Source: an uncultured Acidobacteriota bacterium (lineage in GTDB: Bacteria > Actinomycetota > Acidimicrobiia > Spongiisociales > ZC4RG35). From it: a stretch of DNA of 64,000 nt. Of the stretch, positions 56,117 to 64,000 are shown in pieces (the stretch's first letter is position 1; each line of letters begins with the position of its first letter). Made by a program: the position numbers and the translations under genes. The DNA is taken from NCBI GenBank assembly GCA_963749415.1, contig CAVVMG010000001.1, forward strand, positions 300,367-364,366, written 5' to 3'. Under the pieces are notes generated by a model. It ran no database searches and was not told the DNA's origin. It saw only the letters and a program-made list of their open reading frames with translations.

Positions 56117-58459
56117 TCACTCCCGCTTCATCATGGCGAGGGCTTCCATCTCCAGGTCGACGTACTGATCACCGGATACGTCCACAACCACCTCTTTGAT
56201 GGTTCCTCCAATGAACGGGTAGGGATGTGCGCCTTCGTAGTCGGAGGTAACCGGTTCCCCGCCGTCCTTGCCCACATTGAGCCCCTCACCGACCAGTGAG
56301 AAGTTCCCGGGCTGGGTCATGATCTCGCCTTCGCCCACCTTCTCGTCATTGATGAACAGCGACACAGTGCCGGTAGTGGGCATGGCGTCGCCTTCCTTAT
56401 CGAAGGAGACGCCCAGGATCACGTCGCCGGTGGGGATCGCCTTGGTCGACTCGACCATCTGCTCCTTGGAGCCGACGAAGTTGTAGACGTACTTGAGCTT
56501 GCCGTCCTTGATGTACAACGAGTGGCCGCCGAAGCGAGCCCCATGGCTGAACAGCACACCCGAAGCCTCTTTCGTGTCGATCTTGGCCTCGACCATGATC
56601 GAGTAGCTCCGGTTGCGGACGTTGACCGCCGCCGTCTCCGGCACCTCGGCCGTGCCCGGGTAATAGATGTACTTGTCCCTGGGCGGCGCCACCTGGGGCC
56701 GGGTCGGGTCGGCGAGGACCTCGACGGCGGTCTTGTCCAGCAGCGGAAGGCCGTTGTAGAGGCCGGCGGCATGGAACCAGAGATTGATCATCTCCTGGAC
56801 CTTGGCCGGGTTCTCCGCAGCCAGGTCGTTCATCTCTGTGCGATCGTTCTCAGTGTCGTAGAGCTCCCACCGGTCCTCATCGAAGTGACCCCATCCCGCG
56901 ATGGTCGGGTGGACCGACACCGCCTTCCAACCCTTGTGCCAGATCGCCCTCGACCCGAGCATGGAGAAGAACCCGGTCTCCTTGGGGGTCGGCACATCAG
57001 CGCTCTCGAAGGTGGGTCGGATGCTCACTCCTTCCAACGGGATCTGATTGAAGCCCTTGACCTCCTCGGGCAATTCGACTCCGAGGCAGTCGTACATCGT
57101 GGCCACGATGTCGGTGGCGTGACAGAACTGGCTACGAACCTCACCCTTGGCCTCGATCCCCTTGGGCCAGGAGATCACCATCGCGTCGGCAACACCACCT
57201 TCGAAGTTGTACCGCTTCCACATCTTGAACGGGGTGTTGAACGCCCATGCCCAACCCACCGGGTAGTGGTTGTAGGTGGCGGTGGATCCGAGAACATCGA
57301 GGTACTGGAGGTTCTCCTCCATGGTGTCGGGGATCCCGTTGAAGAACTTGTTCTCGTTCACCGACCCGTTGGGGCCGCCCTCGCCGCTGGCGCCGTTGTC
57401 CGAGACCAGCACCACGATCGTGTTCTCCAACTGGCCGGAGTCCTCGAGATAGTCGAGAAGCCTTCCGATCTCATGGTCGGCGTGGCTGAGGAAGCCGGCA
57501 TACACCTCGGCCATCCGGCAGAACAGCGCCTTCTCGTCGTCGGAGAGTGAGTCCCAGGGGCGGACGACATCGAGGGGCGGCCAGGGCTTGTCGTCGACGC
57601 TGGTCTCCTCGGCGTAGGGATTGAGCGGGGAGAGCACCGCGTCCTGGGGCATGATCCCCATCTTCTTCTGATTCTCGAACACGATCTCCCGGTACGCCTC
57701 GTAGCCCATATCGAACTTGCCCTTGTACTTCTCGATCCACTCCTTGGGGGCGTGGTGAGGAGCGTGGGTGGCGCCCGGACAGAAATACATGAAGAACGGC
57801 TTGTCCGGCGCGATGGTCTTTGCGTCCTTGATGAACTCGATCGCCTTGTCGGTCAGGTCGACGGTGAGGTGATAGCCGTCCTCGGGAAGCGATGGTTGGT
57901 CCACCGGGTGGTTGTCGTAGATCAGGTCCGGGTACCACTGGTTGGTCTCGCCTCCGAGGAACCCGTAGTAGCGCTCGAAGCCGCGACCCACGGGCCAGTT
58001 TCTCTTGGTCGACGCCATGTTCATCTCGTCGGCCGCCACCAGATGCCACTTGCCGAGCATGTAGGTGTTCCACCCCTGGTCCCCCAACACCTCGGCGATC
58101 GTGGCGCACTCGAAGGGGATGTGGCCATTTGCGTTGGGAAACCCGGTGGTCGCCTCGGCGATGCATGCCATCCCATTGGTGGTGTGGTTGCGACCGGTGA
58201 GCAGTGACGATCTCGTCGGCGAGCACAGGGCAGTGGTGTGCCAGTTGGTGTAGGTCAGCCCGTTCTCCGCCAGTCGGTTGATGTTGGGGGTCTCGATCAG
58301 CCCACCCCAGGGCTCCATCGCGGAGAACCCAACATCGTCGAGGACGATGTAGAGGACACTCGGGGCCCCTTCGGGGGCAACCGGCTGGAGGTAGGGCTCC
58401 CAATCCGGGACCGAGTCCCGGTCGTCGATGTTGATCACGCCTTGGAATGTCTTGCTCAC
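56117..58459 (-). CDS. Arylsulfatase (Cys-type, S1 family) with large C-terminal domain; paralogue of 51336..53753
   Basis: ..PSVLYIVLDDVGFSAME...TTALCSPTRSSLLTGRNH.. is the C-x-P-x-R site. 780 aa. It is colinear with the other sulfatase over its full length. Confidence 0.85.
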   Translation of the reverse strand: MSKTFQGVINIDDRDSVPDWEPYLQPVAPEGAPSVLYIVLDDVGFSAMEPWGGLIETPNINRLAENGLTYTNWHTTALCSPTRSSLLTGRNHTTNGMACIAEATTGFPNANGHIPFECATIAEVLGDQGWNTYMLGKWHLVAADEMNMASTKRNWPVGRGFERYYGFLGGETNQWYPDLIYDNHPVDQPSLPEDGYHLTVDLTDKAIEFIKDAKTIAPDKPFFMYFCPGATHAPHHAPKEWIEKYKGKFDMGYEAYREIVFENQKKMGIMPQDAVLSPLNPYAEETSVDDKPWPPLDVVRPWDSLSDDEKALFCRMAEVYAGFLSHADHEIGRLLDYLEDSGQLENTIVVLVSDNGASGEGGPNGSVNENKFFNGIPDTMEENLQYLDVLGSTATYNHYPVGWAWAFNTPFKMWKRYNFEGGVADAMVISWPKGIEAKGEVRSQFCHATDIVATMYDCLGVELPEEVKGFNQIPLEGVSIRPTFESADVPTPKETGFFSMLGSRAIWHKGWKAVSVHPTIAGWGHFDEDRWELYDTENDRTEMNDLAAENPAKVQEMINLWFHAAGLYNGLPLLDKTAVEVLADPTRPQVAPPRDKYIYYPGTAEVPETAAVNVRNRSYSIMVEAKIDTKEASGVLFSHGARFGGHSLYIKDGKLKYVYNFVGSKEQMVESTKAIPTGDVILGVSFDKEGDAMPTTGTVSLFINDEKVGEGEIMTQPGNFSLVGEGLNVGKDGGEPVTSDYEGAHPYPFIGGTIKEVVVDVSGDQYVDLEMEALAMMKRE

Positions 58460-58562
58460 ACGGAGCTTCCTTTCGAACTAGGACCCCAACGAACGGGCGA
58501 CTGCAACAGGTCTTGGTCGCCAGCTTTCAACCCTACGCGCCTGCGATCGGGGGTCGAACAGG

Positions 58563-59485
58563 ATGGAAGAGCCACGCGTTTCGGCATCGACTCGGCTGCG
58601 TAGGATCGCATCGCCGGCGGCCGTGACCGCCAAATATGGCCCTACTCCGGAAGGAGCACATGTGATCGACGGACTCCATTTCGCCACGAGCGTTTCTGTC
58701 GGCGGCTTCGAATGGACTGGTGACTTCACCACTGTCGACCTGATCGCGGCCAGCACCAACGCCTTGAACGGTGCCCTGCTGGCCAGGCGGCCGGATCACT
58801 ACAAGCAGTTCACCATCGTCGGCATCATCTTGATGGCGATCCTCGGCGGCCTCGGTGGTGGCATCACCCGCGACCTCTTGGTCGGTGAGGTGCCGTCGGC
58901 GCTCACCAACCCGGCATACATCCTGCTCGCGGTCGCTTTCGGCTTCATCGGATACAGGATCGCCTACGCCGGAGGCCAGCTCTTCCGTGAGGGGATCTTC
59001 CAGTTCATGACCGCCTTCTCCCTGCCCTGGTACGCCATCGTCGGCGCCCAAAAGGGTGTGAACGTCGGTCTCCCGGTGCTCGGATGCCTGTTCCTGGCGG
59101 TCGTCGGCCCCACCGCCGGGCGTTACCTGATCGACGTCACCAGCGGGGTCACCCCGAAGCACTTCATCCGGGGCGAATGGTTCGTGGGCACCGCCGTGCT
59201 CACCGGCGCGGTGTGGATCCTGATCTACTGGGCGGGGGGCAGCACCTGGTTGGCGATGGGGCCGCATTCATCGTCGGGTTCACGTTCCGGGTCGTCGCCC
59301 TCTACCGGGACTGGGAGGAGCCGCTGCCGGCCGGGCCATGCCGGGGTGGTCATCCATCCCGAGCAGCGGCCTTTGCTGGGCCGCAAGCTCCACGGCAAGT
59401 CCCAACAGGAGCTGCGGGACCTGGGCTTGCTCACCGAAGAGCAAAGCCGCCGCCCTCTACGGACCGGCGGGTTCTACCGATTTGA
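58563..59485 (+). pseudogene. UPF0126 / TRIC-like (YicG/YadS family) membrane protein, frameshifted near 59235
   Basis: Glycine motif ..ILGGLGGGITRDLL.. with a repeated three-TM unit. The conserved C-terminus ..AAFIVGFTFRVVALYRDWEEPLP is in the +1 frame (ORF 59084..59485). Confidence 0.6.
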
Positions 59486-59581
59486 GCGAGCGCCGGCACC
59501 ATCGGGCGGATCGAGCGAGCCCGACGGCAGCTGTCGACGACACCGCCGGGTGGGGGAAAAATTCTGCTCACCCTGATCCTG

Positions 59582-61087
59582 GTGGCCGCGGTCGCCAATC
59601 TGAACCTCTCGGTGGCCAACGTGGCGCTCCCCTCCATCGGCGCCGCCTTCGACTCGTCACAGACCGTGCTCAACCTGATCGCGGTTGGTTACTCGCTGGG
59701 ACTCGCGGCCTCCGTGCTCTATCTGGGAGCGGTGGGCGACCGATACGGGCGCAAGATGATGCTGCTCATCGGGGTCTCGCTGGCGATTCCGGCCAGCCTG
59801 CTCGCCGCCTATGCGCCCAGCGACGAGATCCTGTTCCTGGCTCGTCTGATCGGGGGCGTCTCCGCTGGGATGGCCTATCCCACCACCCTCGCCCTCATCA
59901 CCGCCCTCTGGTCGGGCCCTGCTCGGACCAAATCGATCGCCCTCTGGTCCGGGAGCGGAGGCGCCATCGCCTCACTCGGTCCGCTGGTCGCCGGCGCCCT
60001 GCTCCTCCAGTTCTGGTGGGGCTCGGTGTTCCTGATCACCTTGCCGCTGGCCGCGGTCGCGCTCTTCATGGCTTTTCGCCTGGTCCCGAGCCACGTGAAC
60101 GAGACCACCGAGCCCGTAGACAATCTGGGTGGGATCCTTTCCATCGTGCTGGTGTCGAGCCTGATCCTCGCCATCAACTTCGCCCCGGTGCAGGGGGAGG
60201 CGACTCTCGTGCTCTCGCTCGCCATCGTTGCCATCGCCTCCGGGGCCGCCTTCGTCATCAGGCAGCGCCGGGCGCAGAGCCCCCTCTATGACCTGGACAT
60301 CGCCAAGCGTCGCATCTTCTGGGTCGCAGCTGTCGCCGGGATCATCGTCTTCGGATCGCTCATGGGGGCGATGTTCATCGGCCAGCAATTCCTGCAGAAT
60401 GTTCTTGGCTACTCGACCCTCGAGGCGGGTGCAGCCATTCTCCCGGCGGCGCTGCTGATGGTGATAGTCGCTCCTCGCTCCGCGAAGTTGGTCGAGAACA
60501 ACGGTGCCCGGGCCACGCTGCTGCTCGGATACCTGTTTTGTCTCCTCGGCTTCTTGACCATGCTCTTGCTCTGGAGTGAGGGGATCCCGTACTGGCAGGT
60601 CGGGCTCGGGTATGCGTTGTTGGGGATCGGAGTCGGTTTCGCCGGCACCCCGGCCTCACACTCGCTGACCGGCTCGGTGCCGGTGAAGCGGGCCGGGATG
60701 GCCTCGGGCACCGCAGACCTCCAGCGAGACCTCGGAGGGGCGATCATGCAGTCGACCTTCGGAGCTTTGCTCACCGCCGGCTATGCCGCGGCGTTTGTGG
60801 CCGCGATCGGCTCCTCGCCCGAACAGGCTCAGGTCACTTCTTCTGTCCAGAGCCAGCTCACAAAGTCCTTCGCCAGTGCCGAGGCCGTGGCCGCTCAGTA
60901 CCCCCAGTACGCAACCGAGATCACTGCGGCGGCCAAGGAGTCATTCCTCCAGGGCGACCAGTGGGCGTACCTGGCCGGCATCATCGCCGTCCTCCTTGGA
61001 GCGACCATCGTGTCGATCTTCTTCCCCAGGAAGGAAGAAGAGGAAGCCCTGCTCGCCCATTACGCCATGGAGGACGCCGCGGCCTAG
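59582..61087 (+). CDS. MFS transporter, DHA2 (EmrB/QacA, 14-TM) family
   Basis: ..NLNLSVANVALPSIGAAF..YSLGLAASVLYLGAVGDRYGRKMML.. Reading the frame upstream adds GGGKILLTLILVAAV, so the true start may lie upstream of 59582. Confidence 0.8.
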   Translation: MAAVANLNLSVANVALPSIGAAFDSSQTVLNLIAVGYSLGLAASVLYLGAVGDRYGRKMMLLIGVSLAIPASLLAAYAPSDEILFLARLIGGVSAGMAYPTTLALITALWSGPARTKSIALWSGSGGAIASLGPLVAGALLLQFWWGSVFLITLPLAAVALFMAFRLVPSHVNETTEPVDNLGGILSIVLVSSLILAINFAPVQGEATLVLSLAIVAIASGAAFVIRQRRAQSPLYDLDIAKRRIFWVAAVAGIIVFGSLMGAMFIGQQFLQNVLGYSTLEAGAAILPAALLMVIVAPRSAKLVENNGARATLLLGYLFCLLGFLTMLLLWSEGIPYWQVGLGYALLGIGVGFAGTPASHSLTGSVPVKRAGMASGTADLQRDLGGAIMQSTFGALLTAGYAAAFVAAIGSSPEQAQVTSSVQSQLTKSFASAEAVAAQYPQYATEITAAAKESFLQGDQWAYLAGIIAVLLGATIVSIFFPRKEEEEALLAHYAMEDAAA

Positions 61088-61788
61088 AGGAGGGCGGTGA
61101 GCCCTTTGAACAGGAAGATCCCTCCCAGGCCGAGCCCGACGATGATCTCGATGAGACGGGTGCGAGCCAGCAACCATTCGGTCATCCCACCCAGGATCCT
61201 CTGCGAGCTTCGAGGAGCGACGGCCTGGAGCACGATGGGAAGGTGATAGGGAACGAGCATGATCAACAGAAAGACGACGAGGACGACGACCACAGCGCCG
61301 ATGCCCGGTGGGGGCTCGGCGAGGGGAATCTCCTTCAGACCTGCGGCGTAAACGACGAGGGCATCGGAGTTGATCAGCTGGACCGCCAGGCCGAGCTTGA
61401 ACAGCGATGCGAACCCCGCTGAAGCGAACCCCTCGATACGGAGTCGTTGGGCGGCTTCCTTCTCGGGAGAGGGCTTGGCGAAGACGGCGACGACGCCAAG
61501 GACCACGAACACGGCACCGAGGATGGTGTCGACTATCGCCCCCAGATCCCCGCTCCCCGAGTCGACACCTGCCGCCTCGGCGATGATGAGGATGATGATC
61601 GCGAACACGACGTCCAGGAACACCGCGCCGGAAACGAATGCGACCCCAGAAGCAATCGGACGTTTCGCTTTGGTCACGATCACGGCGCTGACCACGAGAA
61701 CGATCGGCGCCGCGAGCATCGCACCCAACGCGTAAGGCAGCATTGTTCTGAACAGACTCAAAGGCTCGCCCCTAGGCGCTGAATCCAC
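61084..61788 (-). CDS. Hypothetical polytopic membrane protein (GAP/DUF2910-like?)
   Basis: Six predicted TM segments. No confident family. It overlaps the MFS stop by 4 nt. Confidence 0.45.
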   Translation of the reverse strand: MDSAPRGEPLSLFRTMLPYALGAMLAAPIVLVVSAVIVTKAKRPIASGVAFVSGAVFLDVVFAIIILIIAEAAGVDSGSGDLGAIVDTILGAVFVVLGVVAVFAKPSPEKEAAQRLRIEGFASAGFASLFKLGLAVQLINSDALVVYAAGLKEIPLAEPPPGIGAVVVVLVVFLLIMLVPYHLPIVLQAVAPRSSQRILGGMTEWLLARTRLIEIIVGLGLGGIFLFKGLTALL

Positions 61789-61840
61789 ACCCCTCTGATG
61801 CGGTCGGCGCCGAAGCTACACAGCCGGCTTGGGCGGGTTG

Positions 61841-62606
61841 TCACCAATCGATGGTGCGGACCTCATCCCTGACCACCGTGCCCCCGATCGACGCCGTGTC
61901 GTGGTCCCAGCGGAGTTGGATGGTGGATGGGTGGCCGATCTCGTCGCCCTGGTGGATCACCAGCCGCCCTTCGTCCTGCCCGGCGTCGCCTGAGATGGGC
62001 GGCCAGGGCGACTGCGGCGCTCCCTGTAGCCGGGTCCTCGGGGACCGCCAGCTCTCCGGCGAAGAACCGGGCCTTGACCACGCGGCCCGGATCCTCCCAG
62101 GCCCACACCAGGACCTCACCGAACGACACCGGTGGCGGCACCATGTCGGCAACCGCCCGGGCCGAGGAGAGTCGAACCAGGAGGTACGGGATCGGCATCG
62201 ACACCGAAACTGCGAGATCGCCGTCGAGTGGAGGCGGGTCTACCTGCTCGACCGGCTGTCCGCCTGACGCCTTGATCCAGATGGCGACGCCCTCGGTGCT
62301 CACTTCCACATCCCCGACCTGACAGCGGATAGTGCTGACCGGGCCATCGAGCAGATCCTGGAGAGCCCATGCCAGCCCGACGAGCGGATGACCGGCAAAT
62401 GGCATCTCGATCGCCGGCGTGAAGATCCTCGCCGTAGGGACATCCCCCTCGAGATCACAGAAGATGGTCTCGGAAAAGCCGAGGTCGGCGGCGATCGCCT
62501 GCATGTCCTCGGTGCTCAGCCCCGCGACATCCGTGACCACTCCAAGATGGTTGCCACCGTCCTGGTCGCGGGTGAACACGCGCAGGATCTGACATTCCCG
62601 GCTCAT
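61841..62606 (-). pseudogene. PhzF-family (phenazine biosynthesis-like, DAP-epimerase fold) protein, frameshifted near 61990-62010
   Basis: ..ILRVFTRDQDGGNHLGVV.. SETIFC.. ARIFTPAIEMPFAGHPLVG is in frame 1. The conserved C-terminus ..GDAGQDEGRLVIHQGDEIGHPSTIQLRWDHDTASIGGTVVRDEV is in the +1 frame and ends at 61841. Confidence 0.65.
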
Positions 62607-62645
62607 GAGCCACCAACGCTACCGGCTAGGTTTCCTCGAGAGCCC

Positions 62646-64000
62646 ATGACCGAGTTCCACTACGAGCCCCTGAGCTATCTAGACGCCTCATTCCTGGCGC
62701 TCGAGTCCCGGACCAGTCACATGCACGTGGCCGGTGTCGCTCTGCTCGACGCCGGTCCGCTCAAGGGGGAAGACGGTGGAATCGACTTCCCCCGAATCAA
62801 GTCGCACATTCTCTCCAAGCTGCAATACATCCCTCGATACCGGCAGCGTCTGGACTGGGTCCCCTACAACCGCCATCCGGTATGGGTCGACGACGAGCAC
62901 TTCGACTTCGATTACCACGTCCGCCACTCCTCCCTACCCCGTCCCGGCACCGAGGAGCAACTGGAGAACCTTGCCGGTCGAATCGTCTCTACCCCCCTCG
63001 ACCGCTCCAGGCCGCTCTGGGAGTTGTGGATCATCGAGGGTCTGGACGACAACCGGTTCGCCATCATCGCCAAGATCCACCACTGCATGATCGACGGGAT
63101 CTCGGGGGTGGACCTGACGACCATCCTGTTCAATGTGATCCCCACCTCTGACATCGAAGAAGCCCCGGAGTGGAAGCCACGGCCCTCCCCGACACCGACT
63201 CAGCTCGCAGTTGCGGAGTCGGCCCGGGCCACCCGCAGGCTGATCGACCGGCTCACCCACTTCTCGGAGGCGGTCCGTGACGGGCGGGTCCTCGCCGACC
63301 GCACGATGGGCAAATCCGCTGCCGCCCTTTCCTCGTTGCGCTCGGGATGGCTCACCGCGTCGGACCGGACCCCGCTCAACCCCGACATCGGGCCCAACCG
63401 GCGATTCACATGGACCGACCTGCCCCTCGCCGACCTGAAGGCGACCAAGAACAACCTCGGCGGCTCGATCAACGACGTGGTCCTCGCCATTTGTGCCGGG
63501 GCGCTTCGCAGCTTCCTCGTCGAACAGCGGGGCTACGACGTATCAGACACCGAATTCCGGGTGATGAACCCGGTCTCCACCAGAAAGGCCGATCAGCGGG
63601 GCGCCTTGGGCAACCAGGTCGCGATGTGGCTCATCGACCTCCCGATCGACGAGCCCGACCCGCTCCGCCGGTTCGAGTTGATCAAGAAGCGGACCCTCAA
63701 CCTCAAGAGGACCAACCAGGCACTGGGGGCCGCGACCCTGGTCGAGGTCAGCTCGGGAACACCGATCACTCTGCTCTCGCTGGCGAATCGGGTGGTCGGC
63801 TCGAGGATGCGCCCCTTCAACATGACGATCACCAACATCCCCGGGCCCCAGTTTCCCATGTACCTGCTCGAGGCCGAGATGCTGGCCAACTATCCGATGG
63901 TCCCGCTCTGGGCACAGCATGGCCTCGGGATCGCCCTCTTCTCCTACAACGGACGACTGTTGTGGGGGATCCAGGCCGACTACGACACCCTGCCCGACGC
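62646..64000 (+). CDS. Wax ester synthase / diacylglycerol acyltransferase (WS/DGAT), 3'-truncated by the window end
   Basis: ATG at 62646. Contains the HHCMIDGISG (HHxxxDG) active-site motif and the ..NDVVLAICAGALRSFL.. ..PFNMTITNIPGPQ.. motifs. The ORF is open to position 64000. Confidence 0.85.
   Translation, partial: MTEFHYEPLSYLDASFLALESRTSHMHVAGVALLDAGPLKGEDGGIDFPRIKSHILSKLQYIPRYRQRLDWVPYNRHPVWVDDEHFDFDYHVRHSSLPRPGTEEQLENLAGRIVSTPLDRSRPLWELWIIEGLDDNRFAIIAKIHHCMIDGISGVDLTTILFNVIPTSDIEEAPEWKPRPSPTPTQLAVAESARATRRLIDRLTHFSEAVRDGRVLADRTMGKSAAALSSLRSGWLTASDRTPLNPDIGPNRRFTWTDLPLADLKATKNNLGGSINDVVLAICAGALRSFLVEQRGYDVSDTEFRVMNPVSTRKADQRGALGNQVAMWLIDLPIDEPDPLRRFELIKKRTLNLKRTNQALGAATLVEVSSGTPITLLSLANRVVGSRMRPFNMTITNIPGPQFPMYLLEAEMLANYPMVPLWAQHGLGIALFSYNGRLLWGIQADYDTLPD

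Overview
This is a high-GC chromosomal window, very likely from an actinobacterium. It is densely coding on both strands. From start to end the window contains:
- A GH65 disaccharide phosphorylase locus with a LacI regulator and the start of a sugar ABC substrate-binding protein.
- Small stress and redox genes: glyoxalase-like (VOC) proteins, an SRPBCC protein, a DUF1801 protein and a cNMP-binding protein.
- An initiator-type tRNA-Met and a stand-alone infA.
- A vapBC toxin-antitoxin pair, then a UPF0182 protein.
- A protein that fuses a DivIVA domain to a phage-MuF-like domain.
- A PDZ/Lon-like protease and bioY.
- A five-gene branched-chain amino acid ABC operon (livH, livM, livK, livF, livG) that is riddled with frameshifts.
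- fadD, moaE and an htrA / DUF2342 / peroxiredoxin cluster.
- ZIP, YihY and SulP transporters.
- An ECF sigma (sigE-like) / anti-sigma / MucB-like / tatA cluster.
- A ClC channel.
- A cluster of ornithine cyclodeaminase-family, FAD-oxidase and NYN-domain genes.
- A large membrane protein with a C-terminal alpha/beta-hydrolase domain.
- A small RRM RNA-binding protein.
- An intact tRNA-Arg(CCT) followed by two further direct copies of its 3' 48 nt. These delimit two tandem islands. The first is an arsenic island (arsM, arsR, arsC, an aquaglyceroporin, an arsR-arsC fusion, an MFS transporter). The second carries a LipJ-like hydrolase-cyclase, a Na+/H+ antiporter, an arylsulfatase and a K+ channel. 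Neither has a visible integrase.
- A second arylsulfatase, an MFS DHA2 transporter, a PhzF-like gene and a partial wax-ester synthase (WS/DGAT) gene.

One global observation: at least 17 single-base frameshifts interrupt otherwise well-conserved genes. The ones I could localise sit in homopolymers, so sequencing or assembly indel errors are more likely than true pseudogenes.
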